From Rhynchopus sp. YZ270_cl-10 (Eukaryota), in assembly GCA_964035575.1 (NCBI GenBank), contig OZ037833.1, positions 2,666,001 to 2,730,000 on the forward strand: 64,000 nucleotides of DNA, given 5' to 3'. Each line of letters opens with the position of its first letter. Position 1 is the first letter of the stretch. The notes beneath the pieces are model-generated. The model was not told the DNA's origin. It ran no database searches and saw only the letters and a list, made by a program, of their open reading frames with translations. This document shows, one piece after another, positions 11,548 through 21,850 of this stretch. The position numbers and the translations under genes were made by a program.

Positions 11548-14500
11548 ATGCACCGATATGTTGTTGTGCTGTTGCTCTCCTGCGTGCTCCCCGCCTCCAC
11601 AAGCCACCTGCAGTACTGGTGCTCCTCCGAGAAGAAGGTGACGTCCTTTGGCGCATGCACCCCGCTTCCTTGCGATGCAACCCCGGTGACACTTCCGACA
11701 CCTCCTCCTAGCGATTGTACGTACCCGTTTAATGTGGGCGATGTTGTTAAATTTGTGGGTGCACAGACTTCTCCTGTTTATGGCTTGGAAGGGACTCTTG
11801 TGTGCGGGACGGTTGATGGAAAATTTCTTGTTCTTTGGGATCATTATACGGGAGGAGATGATGGGTTGGACGCGGATATGTACTGTGCTGGAGGTTGTGC
11901 GCCGTACCCAGCGTTGACTGCGATGAGCGGGAGTGGGAGTGCAAAGTGGGTGACCTGCAATTCTGTGTCTCTCGTCTGCGCCGCATGCACACCGTCACCT
12001 ACCTACCCAGAGACAAACGCACCGTACGTCGGACACATCACCAAAGAGCTTCTCCTCGGGTGGTCAACCTCTACCCTCCGCAACGACCACCCCGACAGCG
12101 TAGTGGGTGGTACCCCCACCAGCATCTTTGCAGAGGAAACATTTGGTGTGGTTGCTGTCCAAATTCTTCACAAAGGATTAACCGGGCCTGACTCCATCGC
12201 GCAAGACCCTGAGGTGTACTGCACCCTCACTGTGACCAACAATGTGGCAGTCATCCCTACACCGACTGTCTTAGCAGTGGAAGGTGTTGCCATATTCGAC
12301 GATCTCATGCTCGCCAACGCAGGCCCTGCTACGTTCACCATAGAATGTGAGCTAGGCCGTGCCTCTGTGGGCTACGCCTTCGACACCACCGTCCCAGACA
12401 ACATCATCACAGTGGACGCAACGATATCTGCAGCACGGCCACCTACCCCGGCACCGGATACACCAAAACCATTAGATTTCATTCCTCCTGCGGATCGACC
12501 TGGTGCGTGGAGGTATGCACCGCAGTACCGTACTGTGCATCCTTGGCAGGTACCCTATGCGAGGGCTCCTGCGGACGGACCGTTACCGCCATCTGGTTCG
12601 TGGAGTGGGTATGCAGATTGTGATCGGGATCCTCGGATATGCCCATTTGACTGTCAAATGACAGATTGGCAGCCTTGGAGCAAATGTAACGATACCTGCG
12701 GTGACTTTGCCTCACAAACCCGCTACCGCACCGTGCTAGCTGCAGAGCGTTATGGTGGCACGCCGTGCTCCTCGTATGCCCTCATTGAGTACTCTCCTTG
12801 CAACAGATTCCCTTGTGGTGAAATGTGTACAAAGGAGGTTGTAGGGGACGGCACCACCTCCGGCACACCCGGAAGCTACACCTGTGGGAAGTATGCTGCG
12901 ATCAAAGCCCCGATGCTCTACCAACAGGGCCTCACATCGCACACCATGCTGGAGGGGTGCGCTGCAATCAAACCCGGGGTCGCAACAGACGCGACCTTTC
13001 TCTTTGAAACCAAAGTGGTGCTCAAGGTGGGGGACGCTGTGCAGGTAGAATTCTCTGGTGGGAGTATTGGGTCCTCGTGTAACTTGATGACGCAACGGCC
13101 TTGTGTACAGATCGTTGCAGAGATTTCGAAGAACGGCGACACTTGGAAGGAATGTGGCACCTTCGACCACCAAGACCATCTCGGCGTTCAATACGAAATC
13201 GGTGCGCACACTGCTGTACAATGTCTTTCCCCATACGCGACAGACCGCCTTTTCATCAAATTCAAAGCCATCGAACACATCTCTGCTGGAACCATCGGAT
13301 CTGGCGCCATCACCGGCGGCCAAGCCATCCCCTCCACATGGGGCAACCGCAACGACGTCTCGGCCAACGCACATCCCTACGGTGGCTACTTCGGGTCCGG
13401 TCAATACGCAACTGTCTTCATCACCCGCGCCGCTGTTCAGGTCCCCTGCGTCAAGGACTGTGTGCTAGGGGAATGGGGCGATTGGTCGATCTGCTCGAAC
13501 CCCTGCAACGGAGGGAGACAGAGGCGGGAGAGGTTGGTGATAGTGTCGCCAAGTCGCGGTGCGGCGTGCGATGTGACGGCAGAAGGAAGAGCGTGCAATA
13601 CACATCACTGCGACTCCGACTGCGATTTCACTGCGTTCGGGACGTGGTCGGATTGTTCGACGAATTGTGGTGGTGGTACTCAGGTTCGCACCAGGGAGAT
13701 CATTGCGCACGCAAACGGCAACGGCCAAGCCTGCCCTACCGTCCTCACAGAAACACAGCTCTGCAACACCCATGTCTGTGGCGACCACTGCCAGGTCTCC
13801 TCCTTCACCATATGGGGCCCTTGCTCTGCCCTCTGTGGTGGTGGTGCCTCTGTGCGCACCCGCACCATCGTACAGAACAACACTGGTGCAGGAGACGCCT
13901 GCCCGCACCTCTTCGAATCCCGCTCCTGCAACACCAACGCATGCACCGGCACTCCACAGGACCTGGCCCTCCCTCCCAACGCACCAGAGGACACAACCAC
14001 AGACGCACCCACCCTTTCCCCTTTAGCGCAAACTGTGGCTCCAGCGACTGGAACGCCGGTTGTTCCTGGCATTCCTACGTTACGCCTGAAGTTCCGCAGC
14101 TCGCCTGCAACACGCAATGAAGCAAGCGGGACGCGCTTTCAAGAATACTTCAATGAGGTGGTGACGGCGTTTGTTGCGGAGCTGGATGAGTACTCTTTGG
14201 ACACTCTGGCGCGCGAGGTGCCGGATGGGGTGAAGGCCTTCGTTGTGGCGACGTTGTTCAACCAACAGTTCAACCTCTCCGGCACCACCAAGGTGCCTTT
14301 GGCAAGCACCAACACCGCAGCCTTCACGGACCTCATCATCAACGGCGACGGCGCAGAAGAGCTGATGGACATCGCACTCACCATTGTCCTCGAACCCTCT
14401 GTCCCTGGCATAGACACCTCCTCCATCTACCGCAAGCTTCTGGTCCGCACCACGCAAAGCGAGAACCTCAAACGGTACCTCATTGCAGGGTACGCAACCC

Positions 14501-15117
14501 CGCTCGATTCCTTCGACACTGCGCAGTGGAAAACGAATGTGGCAACTGCGCTGAACATTAACGTCGATGCGATTGACGTTCTCAGAGTCGCCTCTGATGA
14601 GTCCGGTGTGTCTCCACTGACAGGGTGCGCCAAGCAGGACGGTGCTTTGGGTGGTGTGTCCGTCTTCTTTTCTATCACTGCCGACAGAAGCGTTGAGGAA
14701 ACCTTTTTAAAGTCCTCTCTTGAACCAGGCAATGCACTGTCTGCAGAGTCGTGCGGTGCTACATACGCCTTGGCCGGTACCTACGAGAACAGTATCGTTA
14801 ACTCCTTTTTAAGTCTCGTAGACCAAAAGGCGAGTCTCCGTGAGACATCTGTCCCTACCGAAGCACCAAGCACATCGTCTGGTCTGAATTGGCCTCTTAT
14901 CTTAGGAGTTCTTCTCCCAGTTCTGTTGCTGCTCTGGCTAGGTGTGGCTGGCCTCCTCTGGTACAAACAGCGTGTTAAGAAGAGGAACCGCAACCGTCGC
15001 AATGGACCTGATGATGACAAAGATGAAGACGAAGGTGACGGCGACACCCCTGGAAACTCCACAGAAGGGCTTGTGGAGGAGAACCCAATACAGCGGGCAT
15101 TCCCAGAGAGGAGTTAG
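11548..15117 (+). CDS. Type I membrane protein with thrombospondin type-1 repeats (adhesin/spondin-like)
   Basis: Signal peptide; four TSP1-like repeats (e.g. WQPWSKC..C; WGDWSICSNPCNGG..R.R); TM helix near aa 1115-1140; basic then acidic cytoplasmic tail. Confidence 0.9.
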   Translation: MHRYVVVLLLSCVLPASTSHLQYWCSSEKKVTSFGACTPLPCDATPVTLPTPPPSDCTYPFNVGDVVKFVGAQTSPVYGLEGTLVCGTVDGKFLVLWDHYTGGDDGLDADMYCAGGCAPYPALTAMSGSGSAKWVTCNSVSLVCAACTPSPTYPETNAPYVGHITKELLLGWSTSTLRNDHPDSVVGGTPTSIFAEETFGVVAVQILHKGLTGPDSIAQDPEVYCTLTVTNNVAVIPTPTVLAVEGVAIFDDLMLANAGPATFTIECELGRASVGYAFDTTVPDNIITVDATISAARPPTPAPDTPKPLDFIPPADRPGAWRYAPQYRTVHPWQVPYARAPADGPLPPSGSWSGYADCDRDPRICPFDCQMTDWQPWSKCNDTCGDFASQTRYRTVLAAERYGGTPCSSYALIEYSPCNRFPCGEMCTKEVVGDGTTSGTPGSYTCGKYAAIKAPMLYQQGLTSHTMLEGCAAIKPGVATDATFLFETKVVLKVGDAVQVEFSGGSIGSSCNLMTQRPCVQIVAEISKNGDTWKECGTFDHQDHLGVQYEIGAHTAVQCLSPYATDRLFIKFKAIEHISAGTIGSGAITGGQAIPSTWGNRNDVSANAHPYGGYFGSGQYATVFITRAAVQVPCVKDCVLGEWGDWSICSNPCNGGRQRRERLVIVSPSRGAACDVTAEGRACNTHHCDSDCDFTAFGTWSDCSTNCGGGTQVRTREIIAHANGNGQACPTVLTETQLCNTHVCGDHCQVSSFTIWGPCSALCGGGASVRTRTIVQNNTGAGDACPHLFESRSCNTNACTGTPQDLALPPNAPEDTTTDAPTLSPLAQTVAPATGTPVVPGIPTLRLKFRSSPATRNEASGTRFQEYFNEVVTAFVAELDEYSLDTLAREVPDGVKAFVVATLFNQQFNLSGTTKVPLASTNTAAFTDLIINGDGAEELMDIALTIVLEPSVPGIDTSSIYRKLLVRTTQSENLKRYLIAGYATPLDSFDTAQWKTNVATALNINVDAIDVLRVASDESGVSPLTGCAKQDGALGGVSVFFSITADRSVEETFLKSSLEPGNALSAESCGATYALAGTYENSIVNSFLSLVDQKASLRETSVPTEAPSTSSGLNWPLILGVLLPVLLLLWLGVAGLLWYKQRVKKRNRNRRNGPDDDKDEDEGDGDTPGNSTEGLVEENPIQRAFPERS

Positions 15118-16664
15118 AAAAGAAAGGGTTTGGGGGATCATTTGGCCAAAAAAACCTTGTTTTTTTTTTGGCAAAGAGAGGTGGGGTGAGGTGGGGCGTA
15201 TCCCGTCTGGTAATAGCTTTTTTGATAAATTCTATAGCAAAATAATATTCTTGTGGTGTATTGTCGTGTATTGTTGGTGTATTTGCATTTCCAATCTGAT
15301 CCTGGATTGTGATAGGGTCACTTCGGAAAAATGGACAAGTTTTTTCGCTGCTTAAATTTTGAAACATATCCCATCAGGTGACCCCGGGCTTTTTTTTTTG
15401 TGCTTTCATCCGGCTGGCATCGTGGGTCAGTCGGAGGTGCATTAATAACTTCACTTTTCCCCCCCTCTTCCCCGACCTGAGGTCTGTTGCGCCGCAACAG
15501 AACTTTATACAGGTAGCGTCGGGGCTGGTCTTTTCGAAGCTTCGAACGGATGAATAAGACCTCGGTTCTTCTTGTCCTGTTTTGGGTGATATTTTTTTTT
15601 GTGGGGGAGGGCATTCAGTATGTTCAGTTTTCTCTATTTTTATTGTTGTGTTTGGCACCTTCATCGCTGTGGTGCCTCCCCCCTCCCCATCAAATAGGTG
15701 ACTAACCCCGTTTGGTCCTTACCCTCTCTTTGTTTCAGCTCAAAGATAAACTTTCTCCCCATACCCGGTTGCTTATTGTGAGCTGTGGGTCTTTGTATTT
15801 TTTGGGGGGTGCTTTGCTGCTCATCTGTGTCTTTGTGTCGCCGGCAATCGTTAACGGTTGAGGTATGTGCGCAGGGGGGGGTGAGAAAGGGAAGGATATG
15901 TATTTGTCCAAGGGTTGCCCCCACCCATCTTCCACGTTATGTTCAGTTCCTCTGTCAAATCTGTTTGAGTCTCTGTTCCTTCAGTTTAGTTTTTTTTCCT
16001 CCAGAGTAACCCTGCTTTTCTCGAAGGCAGATCAATTTTTCCGTTATTTTTCCGCGCTCTCAGCACCTTTTTAGATGGGTGTAACTCACAGTGAAATGCA
16101 TCCATTTTTCTCAAGCGTTTTGTTAAAGGTGACTAAGCAAGAGAGAGGCTTGTGTTCATCTAAAAAAAAACTTTCCTTTTTTTGTTTCCACCTTCAATGG
16201 GTGAATATGCACAGAGAGGCTTGGGGTTCAGCATAAAACGTTTTTCGTTTTTCTTTTTCCGCAGCGACACTTTGCAACAGCTGGGAGGCCACCCCAGCTC
16301 AGGGGACCCAGCTTCCTGTCTTTCCCCTTTCCCCCTCTGCAAGAAAGACGCCACTGCAAACAACACACATATTCTACCTTTCTCAGTGTACTTAACGGAT
16401 CTCCTCCACCTCCTCCCTTCATTATTTACTTCTCATCTTTACCACATCCTGTTTTGAAATACTGCATTCGTTTTTGAGTACCTTGCGGGAGCAAACTCCA
16501 TTAGTCTGCATTAATGATGCGAAAAAGTGCTATTTTGTGCTATGTTGGGGTCGTCGGCCACACCAATTAAGGTGGACTTACTGCAATGTTGTGTTCGTCT
16601 TCCCAAACCTTTCTCCCATTCTCTCATTATTCTCTCACAGGGTTTGGTTTTTTGACCGCAAAAA

Positions 16665-17562
16665 ATGCCACCACCACCCGCAAGTTGGTTTGGTATTGAA
16701 GAAACAGATGTGGTGACTGGGAAAAGCACAGCAGAGCTGACATCGCTTTTGGTCCGAGCGTGCTTTCGAGATGTTATTTGCGGGTGTGCGGGGTTGGAGT
16801 GGGGGTCGATGTGCGACCGGGAGAGAACTCTGTCGATTAGCTTGACGGTGCAGGCACTGCAGGAAACGGGGCGGGGGGAGAAGGCGTGTGAGTTCATGGA
16901 GTTGATCAATGAGGGTGTCTGTGGTCTTGCACCTGACACGCTTTTGCTGTACCTACAGCTTCTTTGTGACAACGCCTCACACAAAAAGGCGTCTGAGCTG
17001 GCCTCCGCACACCTCACTGTCAACAGCACCGCACCCACCACCACCACCCTCAGTGTCCTCGCACTCTACTGCAAGCACATTCTCCCCAAGGTGCAGTCCG
17101 CTGCCGCTGCACAGACGTACCTAGAGGCGTGCTACCTATGTTACTACACAGTGGGTTCGGAGATGGTAGACAAACTGCGTGCAGAGGTGAAGCGCAACGC
17201 AGATGCAGAGGCGAACCCGCCCAAGAAGGTGCGTACAAAGGCAGAGCGTACCATAGTGGCAAAGCCTGCAGTCGTGAAGGAGGAAATCCCCGAGGAGGTG
17301 CCAGTGGAGGAGCGGAGGAATGTCGAGACGAAGGTGTACACCAGTGCACCAACTGAGGTGGCTCGGACACCTTGGCAGGAGGTGGTGCAGTTTTTGCGGG
17401 GGGTATGTGTAGTTTATATGACCTATTTTCAAGGAATTCAAATAAAAAAAAATCATCTCACAGGGCAGTCGTGTGCAATGGGGTGCCAAAGCCGTTCTTG
17501 CGTTGTTGCTGTTTTGGCTGCTGAAGAAACTGACTGCGCCGCGGCAGGTCATCACCCTCTGA
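16665..17562 (+). CDS. Tail-anchored protein, PEX26/APEM9/PEX15-like (exons 16665-17402, 17464-17562)
   Basis: Removing intron 17403-17463 gives a C-terminal TM segment plus basic tail (AVLALLLFWLLKKL). VQALQETGR..LAPDTLLLYLQL..LYCKHILP resembles PEX26 motifs as I recall them. Confidence 0.6.
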
Positions 17563-17716
17563 TGGAGGGGGTCTCAATATTACATTTTTTTGTATCGGCG
17601 AGCTTCGTCGCCAATAGTGACAATGACCCTTCCCCCTTTCCCACTCTTTTCTTACCCTTCCCTCTTCCTTTACACCCGGCAGACACAAACGGGGCAATGG
17701 AATATTCGATTTCAAA

Positions 17717-20700
17717 ATGAACAAGGATATTGTTGGGTTCCTCAAAGACCTGCGGAAGGAGTGTGACGATGCGATCCGCAAGAAGGCACTGCAGAAGGCG
17801 GCTGAGTCCATAGGGAAGTACCCTTTGCGCATCACATCAGGTTCGCAGGCACGCAACCTTGCAGGGGTAGGGGACTGGATATCGGGCCAGCTCGACACCT
17901 TTCTTGCAGAGCAGCGCAGTGGGAATGCCCCGGAGCCGTGTTTCGATTCCTCGCAGTTGGACTTTGTGCAGTCTCTTCTCTCTCAGGTCAGCTCGCAGTC
18001 GCAGTCACAGTCGCAGTCTCAAATCACAACGAAACCACCTAAACCACCCAAACCACAAGGCATTCCTCGAGTCCGAACTGTAGATAATGTTGCACTGCAG
18101 GCGGAGGCGCAGCCACAGCAGATTGACGCTGAAAACGACTCTTTGCCTTTGTTCTCGGTTCCTCCTCCGCAGCAGCAGCAGCAGCAGCTTCCACAAGAGG
18201 AAGATAATGGGGACGTTGAGGAAAGCCTTGCAGCCTTGACGCTTGCAGAGCTGAAGACACGTTGTCGTGACGCAACCCTCCCTGTCACCGGGACGAAGGC
18301 GGATCTGATGCAGCGTCTACAGGCCTTCCGTGAGAGGGAGGTGTCGCAGCAGTCGCTGTCGCAGAACAGCCAGACACTGTCCCTGCCGCTTTCGCAGGGT
18401 GAGGACTACGGCGCACTGCGCAGCATGACCGTGGCACGCCTCCGCGACGTCTGCAAGGAACGCAACCTCAAATGGTCCGGCACAAAGGGGATGCTGCTCG
18501 ACCGCCTCACCGGGGCCGCTCCGCGCGGGGCGGATGGTTCCCAGCAGAAAGGGTCGAGTCTTGACCATCCCTGCAAAATTGACACAAAACAGCTCTCCGA
18601 CGGCGGGAAATACCCATCCATACGGTACCGCAGTGCGTCATACGCCTTGATGCTGTCGTTGTTTGAATTCCACGAGGCAAACGACCCCTTTGCATCGATC
18701 ACTATCACCACGCTCTTTCTCTCTGCACAGAAGTACACCTCTGCGCGTCTCGAGGCCTCGCGGCAACCAAGCCAGGACAGCGGCAGCCAGCAGTGGTTTT
18801 CGGGTGGACACCACTCCCTGCACAACACCCTCGTGAAGGGCGACCTTGTGGTGAAGACGACTATACCACAGAAGGGGTACCGTTTGACGGAGCTGGGGAT
18901 GCGCTTTGGGCAACACCTTTGGAACTGTCATACACGTGAACCAGGGGCAGGTAAGGTAGGGGAAACAGACCCTCAGGTGGGTCCTGCTGCAGCCTCGCAA
19001 CCACAGCAACCACAGCAGCCACAGCCGCAAGCCACGAAGGCATCCCCTATCGTCAAACGCCGCCGCATCACCCCAACCCCATTTGTGCAGAAGCCGTCTC
19101 TTCCACTTCCCGCAGACGTCCCCCCGTCGCCACAGCCCAAGCCACCACAGACAGATAAGGCAGATACCCATACCCGCGCCACCTCTAGTGAAGCGAGAGG
19201 CAGAATCATTGAAGATATTGCGAGTAGGTACGCCTTGGCTGACGCAGGGACTGATGTGTATGGGCATGTCCCGGATGTAGCCCCAGAGCCGTTGTGTTCA
19301 GAGAGTGGGGTTGGGGCTGTGGCAGAGGGTGTAGGCGGATTGATGCAGGATAGTGTGATGTCTGACGTGGTGTCGAGAGCAGAGACGTTGTGTGTGGCAG
19401 ACGTAGAGAGGGATGCGGTGTTTGAGAGTGTAGAGGTGCACTCCACCACAGTGTCCAAGGAAGCAGAGGGGCTCCGTGTGGAGGAGGCGACCCTGGCAGT
19501 AAGCACCGTACGGCTCCGTGGGTTTGACTATCTGCTGCAGAGTGTGGCGGGCCTGACTGAGGCGGAGGTGGCGGATATGCGGCGTGATTTCATGAAGACA
19601 CAGAATCTCACGGAAGTGGACTACGCCCTTGAGGAAAGCTTTCTTGGGATTGCTGGGGACGACGACGATGACGACGACAGTGGCGTGGAGATCATCTCAC
19701 CCGATCAGCCAGACCGGCCACCTGCACAACAACCCGCACTCCCCTCACAACCACCACCACCAGAGCAAGAATCTGCCCCACCCCTTCCCTGGGAAGCAAC
19801 ACCACTATCCCAGGGAGCGGCTGCACCACCACCTCCCTTAGAAACTGAACCATCTACCACACCGGTTCCAGAAGAACAACCTCCGACACGTCTAGACTGG
19901 CGCGACTTCGCAACTCGCGCAACCAGAGACACCACTACCACCACCACCACCACCACCCCCATCCGGGTCATCCTCATTGCCGACCAACGTGAACGCGCAA
20001 ACGGCAGCCGCAGTGTGTTCTCCGAGAAGTTGACACAAAAGGGGGTAATCTGCGAGACACGCCAGCTTGAGGTTGGCGACTTTACTTGGGTGGCACGCGA
20101 TGCACACGGTGGCGAGGTGGTGCTGGGGTGCGTGGTCGAACGCAAAACTGCAGGCGACCTAGCAAAGAGCATCACCGGGGGACGCTACACACAACAGAAG
20201 GCACGTCTGCGGCAGTGCATGCTGCGCAGGGTGGTCTACCTTTTGGAAGGCCCCTTCTCCGACCAAGGACACATCCAAGCTAAGGCGTTGGAGACAGCAC
20301 TCATGACAACCTCCCTATGCGATGGGTTCTTCGTAGAGCATACGAGGTCGTTGGAGCACACCATAGCGGTGTTGGTCGGGATGACAGCGTCGCTTGCGGC
20401 ATGCATTGTGGGGTGCACCTCCCTGGAGGAGGTGGCAGCATGCAATGCGCTGTTGGAGGATGTGGTCGTGTCTCCATTTGAACCGAAGGAGTTGCCACAG
20501 AGACAGCTACCAGCGGTGTTGCCAGCGTACACAGCGTTTGAGGAAGGGGAGCGTGGAAGGAGAGGTGACGCGCATTTGGGAGAGTTGTTTGCAAGACAGC
20601 TGTCGTGCATTCATGGTGTCGGGGGCGACGCGGCTCGTGCCATAGCTAATGCGCATCATTCCCCGTATAGTCTCTGGTGCACGTACCAAGACCTTATCGC

Positions 20701-20827
20701 CCAAGGCAGGTCCGCCACAGCAGAGCTCTGTCTCAGCAGTATTTCTGTTGGGTCCGGGCGGGTCCGCTCCCGCTTCGTCGGCGAGCGTGCCAGCTCGGCG
20801 GTTTTCACTGCCTTTACTGCAATGTGA
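17717..20827 (+). CDS. MUS81: Crossover junction endonuclease MUS81
   Basis: N-terminal HhH (KYPLRITSGSQARNLAGVG); winged-helix region (YRSASYALMLSL..YRLTELG); ERCC4 domain (ADQRE..VGDFTW..ERKTAGDL..S..GGRY..QK.RL); C-terminal HhH; two SAP-like motifs. Confidence 0.93.
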   Translation: MNKDIVGFLKDLRKECDDAIRKKALQKAAESIGKYPLRITSGSQARNLAGVGDWISGQLDTFLAEQRSGNAPEPCFDSSQLDFVQSLLSQVSSQSQSQSQSQITTKPPKPPKPQGIPRVRTVDNVALQAEAQPQQIDAENDSLPLFSVPPPQQQQQQLPQEEDNGDVEESLAALTLAELKTRCRDATLPVTGTKADLMQRLQAFREREVSQQSLSQNSQTLSLPLSQGEDYGALRSMTVARLRDVCKERNLKWSGTKGMLLDRLTGAAPRGADGSQQKGSSLDHPCKIDTKQLSDGGKYPSIRYRSASYALMLSLFEFHEANDPFASITITTLFLSAQKYTSARLEASRQPSQDSGSQQWFSGGHHSLHNTLVKGDLVVKTTIPQKGYRLTELGMRFGQHLWNCHTREPGAGKVGETDPQVGPAAASQPQQPQQPQPQATKASPIVKRRRITPTPFVQKPSLPLPADVPPSPQPKPPQTDKADTHTRATSSEARGRIIEDIASRYALADAGTDVYGHVPDVAPEPLCSESGVGAVAEGVGGLMQDSVMSDVVSRAETLCVADVERDAVFESVEVHSTTVSKEAEGLRVEEATLAVSTVRLRGFDYLLQSVAGLTEAEVADMRRDFMKTQNLTEVDYALEESFLGIAGDDDDDDDSGVEIISPDQPDRPPAQQPALPSQPPPPEQESAPPLPWEATPLSQGAAAPPPPLETEPSTTPVPEEQPPTRLDWRDFATRATRDTTTTTTTTTPIRVILIADQRERANGSRSVFSEKLTQKGVICETRQLEVGDFTWVARDAHGGEVVLGCVVERKTAGDLAKSITGGRYTQQKARLRQCMLRRVVYLLEGPFSDQGHIQAKALETALMTTSLCDGFFVEHTRSLEHTIAVLVGMTASLAACIVGCTSLEEVAACNALLEDVVVSPFEPKELPQRQLPAVLPAYTAFEEGERGRRGDAHLGELFARQLSCIHGVGGDAARAIANAHHSPYSLWCTYQDLIAQGRSATAELCLSSISVGSGRVRSRFVGERASSAVFTAFTAM

Positions 20828-21053
20828 TGGGGGGGGCAGGGGGAGGGGAAGGGATACTTTTTCCCCCTGGTTATACCTGGTCATGTGCCGAGGTAGGGTT
20901 GTTTTCCAAGTCAACTTTTTTTTTTTCTCCTGGCCTTTTTTCATTGATGTCCGTCGTTGGCGTCATCTGGGGTGATATCTCAAATAAAATCGGATTTTTT
21001 TTTATTACATTTTCCCTCCCCAATTTCCAACCAAAAAGGCACAATATAAAGGA

Positions 21054-21519
21054 ATGGTATTAGTAAACGGAGGTTGTCACTGTGGTCGCGTCCGTTGGGC
21101 TGCGTCAGTTCCGCGCGATGCGGTGGTGGTGACGTGCTCCTGCAGCGTTTGCGTGAAGAAGTCGAATGTGCACGTCATCTTACCCAAGGCACGGTTTGAC
21201 CTGGTCTCAGGAGAAAGCGAGCTGACATGCTACCGGTTCAATACTATGCAGGCGCAGCACCTCTTTTGCAAGCACTGTGGAACACAGTCCTTCTACGTTC
21301 CAAGAAGCAACCCTGATGGGTATGTTTTCAGCAAAAAAACCACCTTACTTTTTGGTAATTCCTCTCTCAACTCCCCCCCTTCGCAGAATTGGGATCAACC
21401 CTCACTGCATCGACGAGGCCGATGCGAAGCAACTCACTCTGGGGGCAAAGAGCTTCGACGGGCGCGACTGGGAGGGTAGTATAGACTCCTCAGGGATCCG
21501 CTCCCTTAGCAAGCTGTAG
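21054..21519 (+). CDS. GFA / CENP-V family Zn-binding protein (exons 21054-21319, 21387-21519)
   Basis: GGCHCGRV..CSCSVC..HLFCKHCG..PRSNPDG|IGINPHC; GTATG..CAG intron restores the frame. Confidence 0.92.
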
Positions 21520-21850
21520 AGAAGAAGTGTCACGTCTATTATCCTTACCACTATCTACCTTTTCGGATTTCCAAGGTGAATGACACAAAACCCGTCTCAC
21601 CATTTGTACTCATACTTTCTATGCAAAGTGTATGAAATTTGTTTCATAGCTTCAAAAAAAATGTGAAGAAAGTATAACGATGCAACCCTTCCACAGACGC
21701 TTCTGTTCTGGAAAAAAGCGTCTAAATGCATTTCTCTCACAGTTCTACACATAAAAGAACCATAGGAACTCTTTGGTGAACCCTCCCCCTCCCATCTCCC
21801 CTCCATCTCTTCCACATTCAACTGTGCAGACTCTGGTCGAGAAGAGGAAT

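Noticed and set aside
17563..17720. C-terminal part of ORF 16665..17720 overlapping the MUS81 start
   Set aside because: Better explained as read-through of an intron; the spliced form stops at 17562 and this stretch is a polypyrimidine spacer
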